Virus record (IMG/VR): IMGVR_UViG_3300013137_002966 | Span: 29,723-93,722 of that record | From: a virus | DNA length: 64,000 nucleotides | Reading direction: 5' to 3' (one strand) | Part shown: positions 11,032-20,798 of the stretch, in pieces | Numbering within the stretch: the stretch's first letter is position 1 | Layout: each line of letters begins with the position of its first letter | Translations under genes and position numbers: made by a program | Notes under the pieces: generated by a model | The model's database searches: none | Told to the model about the DNA's origin: nothing | What the model saw: only the letters and a program-made list of their open reading frames with translations

Positions 11032-11648
11032 TTTCCTGTTCCGTAATGCGGCCATTTATTTTTATAATCATACCAAATAACATCACTTGGTATATCTCTT
11101 TTAATTCCACCCCAAGTTTCAATTGTTGGTGTATTTGTTGATACTCCATTATCTTCTACTACAAATCGAATTGGTAAGTTAAAATTGATAGCATATTTAT
11201 GCATTTCATAAAAATTACCAGTTTCAAATGCCATATCTCCAATAAAACACCATACTATATCATCATTTTTTTCTCTTTTATTTGACAATGCCACTCCAAC
11301 AGCGATAGCAATTGAAGAACTAACAATTGCAGTTGAATAAAATTTTTTTTCTTTATTTACAATAGTTATGGAATGACCTTTTAGAATTTCATTTTCTAGC
11401 CAGTCAGGAGAAATACCTTTAATTAAAGCGTGATAGTGTGATCTCCAAGTTGAAAAAACCCAATCACTGTGTTTTATTCTTTTACTTATTTCTATTAATT
11501 CATCTTCATTTCCGTTACTTAAATGTATTGGACCTTTAATCTTTCCTGTCTCCCAATAGCTAACCATTTTATTCTCAAAAGTAATTAATTCATCTTTTGT
11601 ATAATTTGCTTCTTTTACTATAGGGTATTGTTCTAAATTTTTAATCAT
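11016..11648 (-). CDS. TPP-dependent E1 alpha-like subunit
   Basis: GPIHLSNGNE, STWRSHYH, GDMAFETG...EDN TPP-binding motif. Confidence 0.85.
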   Translation of the reverse strand: MIKNLEQYPIVKEANYTKDELITFENKMVSYWETGKIKGPIHLSNGNEDELIEISKRIKHSDWVFSTWRSHYHALIKGISPDWLENEILKGHSITIVNKEKKFYSTAIVSSSIAIAVGVALSNKREKNDDIVWCFIGDMAFETGNFYEMHKYAINFNLPIRFVVEDNGVSTNTPTIETWGGIKRDIPSDVIWYDYKNKWPHYGTGKWVTF

Positions 11649-11649
11649 A

Positions 11650-12192
11650 TTATATATCTCTTTTTTGTAATATTGGATTGGTAGTCGGCCACTCCATATT
11701 AAATCTAGAATCATTCCATTTTATAACTCCTTGTGCATCAGTATCTACATATTCATCTTTATAAAATAGATTGTAATGAAATATACAATCTGTTAATGCA
11801 TAGTGACCGTTTGCAAATCCTGGTGGAACTAAAACTTGATTTCTATCTCTTTCTGATAGAATGAAAGATTCCCAGATTCCATAGGTTGGTGAACTATTTC
11901 TAACATCTAATACTACTAAATATATTTCACCAACAACTGCTTGTACTAACTTCCATGTTTTATCATCATAATGTAATCCTCTTAATACTCCTTTATATGA
12001 TCTGGAAAATCTTCCGTGAATGCTAATCTCACTTTTATCATAATGTATTTGCTTCATTACAGGGTGCTCTTCTGAATGAAAGGTCGTAAATATTTCACCT
12101 CTAAATTCCCTAAATATAGATGGTATGTATGTTATAACATTGTAGCCAAAATTTTTAGATGGTTTTTCTTGAAAATCGTTCCATTTGTTCAT
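11650..12192 (-). CDS. rmlC: dTDP-4-dehydrorhamnose 3,5-epimerase family
   Basis: GVLRGLHY, VLDVRNSSPTYG, VPPGFANGH. Confidence 0.9.
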   Translation of the reverse strand: MNKWNDFQEKPSKNFGYNVITYIPSIFREFRGEIFTTFHSEEHPVMKQIHYDKSEISIHGRFSRSYKGVLRGLHYDDKTWKLVQAVVGEIYLVVLDVRNSSPTYGIWESFILSERDRNQVLVPPGFANGHYALTDCIFHYNLFYKDEYVDTDAQGVIKWNDSRFNMEWPTTNPILQKRDI

Positions 12193-12197
12193 AACTT

Positions 12198-13166
12198 TTA
12201 TGTTGGATTTGTGTAGCCAAGAGGAAACCCATTTCTAAACTCAGATGACATCTTTGGAATTATGATCCTATAGGTTTTCATTAATTCTAAAATACCATCA
12301 TCTAAATTATACTTTGGTTTCCAGCCTGTTGCCTCTATTTTTTTATTAGAGACAATATAATTTCTTTTGTCAGGATCTTTGTAAAATGTTGAATAATTTA
12401 TAGCAAAATCTGGAATATATTTTTTTATAATATCTAATAATTCATCTTTTGATAGGTTAGCATCACTTAAGCCAACATTATATGAATTGTTTTTCATTAT
12501 ATTATAATTTTCTAACGAATATGCAAATACACTACCAACATCTTGAATATGTATAAAATTTCTTTTGAAATCTTTTTCAAATACTACAATATATTTATCT
12601 GTCATAGCTTTATAGACAAATTCATTAACCAATAAATCTGTTCTCATTCTTAATGATGTTCCAAAGACTGTTGCTAGTCTAAAGCAAATAGCAGAAGTAT
12701 TTTCTCTTAACACATTCTCAGCGGCAACTTTAGTTTCGCCATAAACCGAGATTGGAGTTAAAGGAGATTCTTCTGTGCATTCAGTATTTTCTTCACCTAC
12801 ACCATAGCCACTGTTTGTGTTTGGAAAAAGTATCAATTGATTTTTACTAATAGATTGTATTATATTTGTTATTTGTCTATAATTAATTTCCCAAGCTAAA
12901 TTTGGATTATTTGCGCAAGCTGGGAACCCGACAATTGCAGCTAATGGAATTATTACATCATGTTTTTGTATCTCATCTATCAGTAACTTTTCATTTCTGA
13001 CATCACCATAAATAAAATTATAATTTTTATTTGATGTAAATTCTAGTGCTGATATTTGATTGAATAATAAATTATCTAGAACAGTTACATTATGCCCTTC
13101 TTCTAGCATTTTTCGTGTGATAATAGAGCCAAGATACCCTGCACCACCTGTTATTAATATTTTCAT
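12198..13166 (-). CDS. NAD-dependent sugar epimerase/dehydratase
   Basis: TGGAGYLG, YGETK, RLATVFG. Confidence 0.9.
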   Translation of the reverse strand: MKILITGGAGYLGSIITRKMLEEGHNVTVLDNLLFNQISALEFTSNKNYNFIYGDVRNEKLLIDEIQKHDVIIPLAAIVGFPACANNPNLAWEINYRQITNIIQSISKNQLILFPNTNSGYGVGEENTECTEESPLTPISVYGETKVAAENVLRENTSAICFRLATVFGTSLRMRTDLLVNEFVYKAMTDKYIVVFEKDFKRNFIHIQDVGSVFAYSLENYNIMKNNSYNVGLSDANLSKDELLDIIKKYIPDFAINYSTFYKDPDKRNYIVSNKKIEATGWKPKYNLDDGILELMKTYRIIIPKMSSEFRNGFPLGYTNPT

Positions 13167-13232
13167 GATTTTATATATTAAAACTATTGTGTTTGGTTTT
13201 TATTTTTTTACTATATAAGTAGATTAATAAAT

Positions 13233-14051
13233 ATGAGTAAACCAAGAATTTTTACCTTTGGCTGTAGTTTTACTGATTATAGTTGGCCGACTTGGGCGGA
13301 TATTATTTTATATGGCAATTTAGGATATAATCTTGGTAGATCAGGAGCAGGTTATGATTATATATTATATCGTATAGTTGAAGCTGATAGAAAATTTAAG
13401 TTTACGCAAGATGATATAATTATAATTGTTCTAACTCAACCAATCAGACTTGATATCCTTCTTAATGATGAAAATGATTTATATTGGATAACTAAAGGTA
13501 ATGCACTTTCACATTTTTCTGATTATAATGATAAAATATTTTCTATAGACGGTTTATTATTCAAATCATATAATAATATTATACTAATGAATCAATATCT
13601 CAGCAGTAAAAGGTTGAATTATATTTTTGGATCAATAAGTGATTTATTTGAGTCTCCTGAGGGTATAAACAATATATTACTAGATAATATATTGTATGAG
13701 ACAAATGAATTAATTACTTATGTTAAGCAAAATATAGAAATAAAATTAATGTCGTTTGATAAATATTTATCGGTAGATGGAAAATTATGGGATTTTACTA
13801 AGATATATGAATTTGAAAAATTCAATGATTATCATCCACGACCGCGTATGTATTTTAATTGGATAAATGATGTATTATTGAAATGTGTTGACATAGATGT
13901 TAAAGCAACCATAGAAGATATAGAAAATATTGAAAATGCGATAGATGATATTAAGTATCTTAATGAATTAGGTGAATTAATAAAAAAATATCCTAATTTT
14001 TATAGCCATAGAATTTATGATGGCTATATTTCAGCTAAACGATTTATTTAA
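13233..14051 (+). CDS. SGNH-like protein
   Basis: FGCSFT...WPTWAD, DYHP. Confidence 0.55.
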   Translation: MSKPRIFTFGCSFTDYSWPTWADIILYGNLGYNLGRSGAGYDYILYRIVEADRKFKFTQDDIIIIVLTQPIRLDILLNDENDLYWITKGNALSHFSDYNDKIFSIDGLLFKSYNNIILMNQYLSSKRLNYIFGSISDLFESPEGINNILLDNILYETNELITYVKQNIEIKLMSFDKYLSVDGKLWDFTKIYEFEKFNDYHPRPRMYFNWINDVLLKCVDIDVKATIEDIENIENAIDDIKYLNELGELIKKYPNFYSHRIYDGYISAKRFI

Positions 14052-14929
14052 ACTTTATTTTTTAAAAAAGGAAATAGAATATTATCACACCAATTTGATA
14101 CTCCTAATTTACCTGGATGAAAGCCATCATTAGAGAAATATAATTTACCTTCATTTAGTTTTTTTCTTTCCTCATATGTAATATTTTTTACTTCATGCCT
14201 AGGTATACCTAATAGTGTGTGTATATATTCAAACATACCTTCTGTAATTATATTATTGAAGTCTAACTGCTTATATAAATAATTTATGATTTGATGATTT
14301 TTATTTTGTTCTATATCTTGATACACAAAATCCATAAAAAATTGTTGAAAAAATTTTATGTTATGAAGTTTGCAAAAATTTTGCAACATGATTATATTTT
14401 CTAGACTACTATGTGTTTTTCCAACTCCACCATAATATCCATCCAGTAAATAGTATTGTTGAACAAAATCTAATTTACAATCACTTCCATCTACTGTAAA
14501 ATACCAGCCACCTTCTGGATTATAATCAAAAAAATCGCCTGATTTTGTTTTAAAATAATTTGGATATTTTACTTGATTATTTTTCAAATCTAAGAATTGA
14601 CTTGTCATTCCACCTTGAAAGTTCGGCCATCCTTTAACCATTTCTTTTATTATATCTTTGTTGTCTATATACCATGCTTTTCTATATGTACCACTCCACA
14701 TAACAACCACTATTATTTCATCTTCTTTTATACCTGATTGTAGAGCATCCGTTATGGCAAGAGTGACTTTTTTTTGTATCATTTCTTGTCCTTGACTTCT
14801 GTATCCAGTATGTTCATATGTTAAATTTGGATTGTAGATTTTTAACCAATTAGTTAGATTAGTTATCCAACTATCTTCATCAGAGTAATGGCTAAAACTA
14901 CATCCGCCAGTGATTAAATGTTTAAGCAT
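14048..14929 (-). CDS. SGNH-like protein
   Basis: GGCSFS, DGFHP. Confidence 0.55.
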   Translation of the reverse strand: MLKHLITGGCSFSHYSDEDSWITNLTNWLKIYNPNLTYEHTGYRSQGQEMIQKKVTLAITDALQSGIKEDEIIVVVMWSGTYRKAWYIDNKDIIKEMVKGWPNFQGGMTSQFLDLKNNQVKYPNYFKTKSGDFFDYNPEGGWYFTVDGSDCKLDFVQQYYLLDGYYGGVGKTHSSLENIIMLQNFCKLHNIKFFQQFFMDFVYQDIEQNKNHQIINYLYKQLDFNNIITEGMFEYIHTLLGIPRHEVKNITYEERKKLNEGKLYFSNDGFHPGKLGVSNWCDNILFPFLKNKV

Positions 14930-15017
14930 GGTGAAAACTTTTTTTATATTTTATAATATTAGTAAAAAAAAAAGTTTAAAAATTAATTCTGACATACTAT
15001 CTGTTATATATAAGTAA

Positions 15018-15722
15018 ATGAATAAACTTTGGACATATGGATGTAGTTGGACTTATTCAAGACCTCATGAGGAAGACCTGGGTATTATATTTTGGCCTAG
15101 TTTTGTTGCTGAAGAACTCAATTTAGATTTAAAAAATAGAGCATATGGTGGACTTGGTGATTCTTCAATACAAAGACTTATTTCTGATTTACCAAAAATT
15201 AATAAAGGTGATATTGTGATTTTTCAATTTTCATATAGTAATAGATTGGATTTACCTTATCTTAATAATGATGGTGATGTATGGAACTCTTGCTATATTG
15301 AAATGAATTCACTAGAAAGAAATGAAAAACAAATAAAGTATATGGACTTTGTAATGGCATATGATACTGAATTACTATTAAAAAATTTTCAATATGTATC
15401 ATTAATTTTTGACTATTTAGAAAAAATTATCGGAGTAATTGTTAGATATTGGTTTTTACATTTATCTGCTAATTATGAAAATTTTATAAAAAGAAAAATA
15501 ACTACAAATAGAAATAGAAATATTGTGTTTTTTAGCGAACATAATGATTTATTTGCATATGCTGCTAATAATTTTATTAATGATAACAAACTTAGAATTT
15601 CAGATTATAATTATAATAGATCAGATTTAGAATATTTGAGGTATGATAGTCATCCAAATCAAGATGGACAGCAATTAATAGCAAAGTGTGTGATAGATTC
15701 ATTTAAAAAAAAATTAATATAA
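15018..15722 (+). CDS. SGNH-like protein
   Basis: YGCSWT, DSHPNQDG. Confidence 0.55.
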   Translation: MNKLWTYGCSWTYSRPHEEDLGIIFWPSFVAEELNLDLKNRAYGGLGDSSIQRLISDLPKINKGDIVIFQFSYSNRLDLPYLNNDGDVWNSCYIEMNSLERNEKQIKYMDFVMAYDTELLLKNFQYVSLIFDYLEKIIGVIVRYWFLHLSANYENFIKRKITTNRNRNIVFFSEHNDLFAYAANNFINDNKLRISDYNYNRSDLEYLRYDSHPNQDGQQLIAKCVIDSFKKKLI

Positions 15723-17360
15723 GTGTTCATAATAGGAATTTCAGCATATTATCATGATTCATCTGCATGTTTATTTGAAGATGATAAATTAATTTTTGCA
15801 TGTGAAGAAGAAAAATTTTCTGGTATTAAACACGATAATTCATTTCCAAAAATGACAATTAATTATATTTTCGAAAAATATAATTTAAAAAAAGAAGATA
15901 TAGAATGTGTTTGTTACTATGAGAATCCCATATTAAGACTAAAAAGAAAAAAATCTTTTTTTAAATCTATTAAAAATATAATAAAGGTCTGGTTTAATCT
16001 TAAAAAAGTATCAAAAAGCACACACTATACCAATCATCACTTATCACATATGACCTATTCTTATTTAAGTTCCAATTTTGATAAGTCTGTTATAGTTTCA
16101 ATAGACGGTGTAGGAGAAACTCAATCATTATCAATAGGTTATGGTTTTGGTGGTAAAATTGTTCAAATAAAAACTTCAGAATATCCACATTCAATTGGCT
16201 TATTTTACTCTGCAATGACGGCATTTTTAGGATTTAAACCAAATGAAGGTGAATATAAAGTAATGGGATTAGCATCCTATGGTAATTCAAGCACTTATTA
16301 TGAAAAAATTAAAAAATTGTTAGTATACGATAATAATGGTGGTATCTTATGTGATATGAATTATTTCAATTGGGATAAATCATCTACACTTATGTTTAAT
16401 CATAAATTAGAAGAATATTTAAATATAGAATGTAGGCTACCTAATACTAAACTTGAAGATAAACATAAAGATTTAGCAGCCTCAGTTCAAAGAGTATATG
16501 AGGAAGTTTTCTTCAGCATTATTTCTTATGCTAAAGATATTTCTAAGTATGATAGAATTTGTCTTGGTGGCGGATGTGCATATAATGGTTCTGCAAATGG
16601 AAAAATTGTAGAGAATGGTTTATATAAACATATTTGGATACCACCTGCACCTTCTGATGCTGGTTCATCAATTGGTTCATGTCTAAACTATTTAACAAAT
16701 AAACTTGGACGAAGCATTAGAATTAGTGCAAATCCTTTTCTTGGCCCATCGTTTACAGAAGATGAAATTTATAATGTTATCTCTAGCACAGAATCTATAA
16801 CATATTCTAAGCACTCTGAAAATGCTCTATTAGAAAAAATATCAAAAGAACTTAATTCTGGGCTGGTTGTTGGTTGGTTTCAGGATAAAATAGAATTTGG
16901 TGCAAGAGCTTTGGGTAATAGATCCATATTAGCTAATCCAACTTTACCTAATATGAAAGATAGAATTAATGCGGTAATTAAAAAAAGAGAAGGATTTAGA
17001 CCATTTGCACCTATGGTTTGTTATGATAAGCAATCTATCTATTTTGAATCAAATGAATTCATACCTTATATGAATCAGGTGGTAAAAGTTAAATCTGAGT
17101 ATAAAGATAAATTACTTGCAGTCACTCATGTAGATGGTACAGCTCGTGTTCAATCAGTTACACCATATAATTCTATTTATAAACTGTTAATAAAATTTGA
17201 GGAAAAAAGTGGTTATCCAATTCTACTTAATACATCATTTAATATTAAAGATAAAACTATGGTTTTAACACCACAAGATGCAATGGACACATTCCTAAAC
17301 ACTGATATGGATATATTGGTTATGAATAATTTTATAATAAAAAAAAACAAAATAAAATGA
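15723..17360 (+). CDS. Carbamoyltransferase (NodU/CmcH family)
   Basis: HDSSA, EEEKF, EYKVMGLASYG, EFGARALGNRSIL, KKREGFRPFAP, LNTSFN. Confidence 0.95.
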   Translation: MFIIGISAYYHDSSACLFEDDKLIFACEEEKFSGIKHDNSFPKMTINYIFEKYNLKKEDIECVCYYENPILRLKRKKSFFKSIKNIIKVWFNLKKVSKSTHYTNHHLSHMTYSYLSSNFDKSVIVSIDGVGETQSLSIGYGFGGKIVQIKTSEYPHSIGLFYSAMTAFLGFKPNEGEYKVMGLASYGNSSTYYEKIKKLLVYDNNGGILCDMNYFNWDKSSTLMFNHKLEEYLNIECRLPNTKLEDKHKDLAASVQRVYEEVFFSIISYAKDISKYDRICLGGGCAYNGSANGKIVENGLYKHIWIPPAPSDAGSSIGSCLNYLTNKLGRSIRISANPFLGPSFTEDEIYNVISSTESITYSKHSENALLEKISKELNSGLVVGWFQDKIEFGARALGNRSILANPTLPNMKDRINAVIKKREGFRPFAPMVCYDKQSIYFESNEFIPYMNQVVKVKSEYKDKLLAVTHVDGTARVQSVTPYNSIYKLLIKFEEKSGYPILLNTSFNIKDKTMVLTPQDAMDTFLNTDMDILVMNNFIIKKNKIK

Positions 17361-17470
17361 ACATTTTTAAATGGATTAAGAAAAGAATTGAAAAGAATAA
17401 ACGTAAAAAACAATTTGAAAAAAAATTAGAAGAATTAAGGAAAAGAGATCCTTTTATTTATAATCATTAG
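17357..17470 (+). CDS. Small basic protein (37 aa, ends RDPFIYNH)
   Basis: ATGA overlap with the carbamoyltransferase stop; fills the gap to the next gene. Confidence 0.7.
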   Translation: MNIFKWIKKRIEKNKRKKQFEKKLEELRKRDPFIYNH

Positions 17471-17473
17471 AAT

Positions 17474-17893
17474 ATGAAAGAAAGAAAATATTTACCCACA
17501 CTATCTGAATTAATTGATAGATTAAGTATATGTCAATTAAAAGAAGTTTTTATTCCTGAACATAAGGATGAATATGCTCAAGAAATACAAGATATATTAC
17601 ATGATATTGATATATGTCTAGAAGAAACTAAAGAGATAACATCTGAGACTATCAGAGCAATAGTAGTATTATCTCAAATGAATTTACATATTTGGTATAA
17701 TGAAGCCAATTATAGAAAAGGTATTAAAGATGGTAATAACTTGGAGTTAACACATGGATTAAATGGAATAAGAAATACTGCTAAGAATAAAATTCAGGAA
17801 TGGATTGGCGGTAGAAAAGATTATAAAATAGATTGCTTAGCATCTGAGTTTAAAGATTGGGAGATAAGTTGGAATTCTAAAAAAGACAAATGA
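17474..17893 (+). CDS. Hypothetical protein
   Basis: ORF in operon; TLSELIDRLSI motif. Confidence 0.7.
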   Translation: MKERKYLPTLSELIDRLSICQLKEVFIPEHKDEYAQEIQDILHDIDICLEETKEITSETIRAIVVLSQMNLHIWYNEANYRKGIKDGNNLELTHGLNGIRNTAKNKIQEWIGGRKDYKIDCLASEFKDWEISWNSKKDK

Positions 17894-18663
17894 AATCACT
17901 AAAACATTGGACAACTGACAATTTTGAAGTTTCTTCATATAAATATAATCTATCTGAAAGAGTTAATAAAACTTATAACGGCTCAGGTTCAGATAATACT
18001 GGATTATGCACATATACCTATAATGAATTGGGTTTTAGAGGTGATTCGATATATAAAGAAGGTTTCAGAGTTATGTCTATTGGTTGTTCCATAACAGAAG
18101 GTGTAGGTGTTAATAATAATGAAACTTGGACCTCAAAATTTTGTAGTCATATACCTAATGGTGTTAATCTTAATTTTGGATTCGGTGGTAGAAGTAACGA
18201 TTATATTTCTAGATGTTTAATTTCATTCTATGATTTAATTAAGCCGAATTTAGTATTAATAATGTATACCGAAATGCATAGAAGAGAGTTCTTTACAGAA
18301 AATGGCGGTATAGAACCGTTTCATATAAATAAATGGGGATATTTCAATGAAACATCAGAAGGCTTAGAACAATATGATGCTTTATTAAGATTATCTAATA
18401 ATGAAAACGATTTTCAGAACTGGTACAAAAATCATTTACTTATCAAATTTTTTCTAGAGTCTAAGAAATGTAATTGGTTATGGAATGGTTCTTTCATTAA
18501 AAATAATTTTACTGATGAATTTAGATTTGACGGTGATTATTATCCTTATATTGATTTTGGTGTAGAAGGTGTACATCCAGGACCAAAAACAAATGAAAAA
18601 TACGCATTAAATCTTTTTAATTATATACATATAAATTATAGAGATTTTTTATCTATTCATTAA
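17890..18663 (+). CDS. SGNH-like protein
   Basis: YNELGFRGD, GCSITEGVG, HPGP. Confidence 0.6.
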   Translation: MKSLKHWTTDNFEVSSYKYNLSERVNKTYNGSGSDNTGLCTYTYNELGFRGDSIYKEGFRVMSIGCSITEGVGVNNNETWTSKFCSHIPNGVNLNFGFGGRSNDYISRCLISFYDLIKPNLVLIMYTEMHRREFFTENGGIEPFHINKWGYFNETSEGLEQYDALLRLSNNENDFQNWYKNHLLIKFFLESKKCNWLWNGSFIKNNFTDEFRFDGDYYPYIDFGVEGVHPGPKTNEKYALNLFNYIHINYRDFLSIH

Positions 18664-18694
18664 ACATTTTTTTTATTATATCATATAATATCAT

Positions 18695-19147
18695 ATGATT
18701 TATTTATTTACAGGCCAACCAGGCTCAGGAAAAACTTCTATTGGTGGATTATTAGCCTCAAGTATGAAGAATGTTATACATATTGATGGTGATGACCTAA
18801 GACTTATATTTGATAACAATGATTATAGTGAAAGTGGTAGAAGAATTAATATAGAAAGAGCGCATGATATAGCATACTTTCTAAGTAAAAAAAATATTAA
18901 TGTCATAATAACAATGGTTTCTCCTTTTAGAGATTTAAGAGATAGACTTAGATTAAAATTGACTAATATTGATTTTATTGAAATTTATGTGCATACATCT
19001 GATCTTAGAGGAAAAGAAAACTTTTTTGTTAAAAATTACGAGAAGCCCTTAGATAATTTTATAGATTTAGATACAACTAATAAAACAGTCGAAGAATCTT
19101 TTGAAATTTTAAAAAAATCATTGAAAAATAATGATTTTAATCAATAA
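18695..19147 (+). CDS. cysC: Adenylyl-sulfate kinase
   Basis: FTGQPGSGKT P-loop, IDGDDLR, VSPFRDLR. Confidence 0.85.
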   Translation: MIYLFTGQPGSGKTSIGGLLASSMKNVIHIDGDDLRLIFDNNDYSESGRRINIERAHDIAYFLSKKNINVIITMVSPFRDLRDRLRLKLTNIDFIEIYVHTSDLRGKENFFVKNYEKPLDNFIDLDTTNKTVEESFEILKKSLKNNDFNQ

Positions 19148-19841
19148 TGACTTGATTTGGTTATCTGTTCCAAGATGTGCTAGCTACTCTATTGAATCAG
19201 CTTTATTTTCATCAGATTTAGATATAAAATACGCTGGTAATCATGATAAATTATTAGAGATAGAGTCTAAGGATAGTAGATATTCTGCACATTTACATTC
19301 CACAATAGAATATCTTTATAAATATTTTGGATATAAAGAAACTATCTGTATTTCAAGAGATTGGTTAAAAAGATTACTTAGTGCATTTCAGTATATGTTT
19401 ACATGTGTTGCTAAAGATGGTTTTACATCAATCGTTAATTTTGAAGATTTGAGTAATGATTTTATTTATCAGAATTTTGATATTGATTTTTCGAATAAAT
19501 TATATTCAGATGATATCGATGATAAAATTTATTGTTATTCAAAATTTGTAAAAGAAGATATTGAAGAAATAAAAAAAAAATCTGTTAAATATATTTCTGT
19601 AAAAGCACTTTCTTCACAAAATTATTATAAATCTAATCAAAAATGCACTTATGAATTTGATATAACAGAATTAGACAAATTTGAAGAATTTATAAGAAAT
19701 AGATATAATGTTGATTTTAATCTAAAAAAACTAAATGAATCTAAAAAAATAAATAGTAAAATTGTTATTGATGATGAACTGAAGAACTGGCTTTGGAAAG
19801 TTTTCGAATATCCATTTCAAAGAAAAATTACACTTATCTAA
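19131..19841 (+). CDS. Sulfotransferase-like protein
   Basis: VPRCASYSIE (5'-PSB-like) and SRDWLKRLLSAF (3'-PB-like); follows cysC. Confidence 0.65.
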   Translation: MILINNDLIWLSVPRCASYSIESALFSSDLDIKYAGNHDKLLEIESKDSRYSAHLHSTIEYLYKYFGYKETICISRDWLKRLLSAFQYMFTCVAKDGFTSIVNFEDLSNDFIYQNFDIDFSNKLYSDDIDDKIYCYSKFVKEDIEEIKKKSVKYISVKALSSQNYYKSNQKCTYEFDITELDKFEEFIRNRYNVDFNLKKLNESKKINSKIVIDDELKNWLWKVFEYPFQRKITLI

Positions 19842-19898
19842 TGAACTTAAAGCCGTTAATATATAAAAATTATTGAAAATAAAATTATAAAGTAAAAT

Positions 19899-19931
19899 AT
19901 GAAAATATTATTGATTGTTCCACAACTTTGA
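19899..19931 (+). pseudogene. Orphaned 5' stub of the downstream glycosyltransferase (MKILLIVPQL*)
   Basis: Matches MKILLICPHL at 20799; separated from it by the GIY-YIG gene. Confidence 0.75.
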
Positions 19932-20011
19932 ATCTTTTTGAATTATTGATTAAAAAATTAAAATAAGAATATATTAACAAATCTAACTACGGGTGTATAT
20001 GTTTTTTATAT

Positions 20012-20779
20012 ATGCAAATAAAAAACATTATGGTAATTTATAAAATCACAAATCTTATTAATAATAAATTTTATATTGGACAGGATATTAAAAATGATGA
20101 TAAATATTTTGGTTCTGGAAAGCTTATTATATCAGCAATAAAAAAATATGGTAAAGAAAATTTTAAAAAAGAAATATTAGAATATTGTACCGATGAAAAT
20201 CAAATGGATGAAAGAGAAATTTTTTGGATTAAAGAACTTAATGCTACAAATAGAAAAATTGCATATAATATTTGTGAAGGTGGTAAAACATATAGAATAA
20301 TGAGGGGTGAAAATCATCCTTGGTTTGGTAAACATCATACAGAAGAATCAAAAAAAATAATAAAGGAAAAACGAAAATCACAAAAGATGTCAGATGAACA
20401 AAAAGATGTTCTTAGGAAGAAATGGAAAGGTGATGAAAATCCTGGTAAAAATAAATCAAAAGAAACAATAAAAAAACTTAAAGATGCTGCAAAAAAATTA
20501 AATAGAAACGGTGAAAATCATCCATATTATGGAAAAAAACATTCAGAAGAAACTAAAAAACATTGGAGTGAAATAAGAAAAGGTAAAAATACTGGTATAA
20601 ATAATGCAATATCTATGAGATATTTTATAGAAGACCCCAAAGGTGAAATATTAAATATTGAAACAAAGAAAAATGTTAAAGAATATTTAGGATGTAGTGA
20701 TAATTTTTTTAATTCTAAAAAATATAAAAAATATAAACTTATTGGTAAAGAAAAAATACATGAAAATAAAGAAAAATAA
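20012..20779 (+). mobile_element. GIY-YIG homing endonuclease with NUMOD3 repeats
   Basis: VIYKITNLINNKFYIG, YFGSG, HPWFGKHHTEESK repeats. Confidence 0.9.
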
Positions 20780-20798
20780 AGAAGAATAAAGAAAATAA

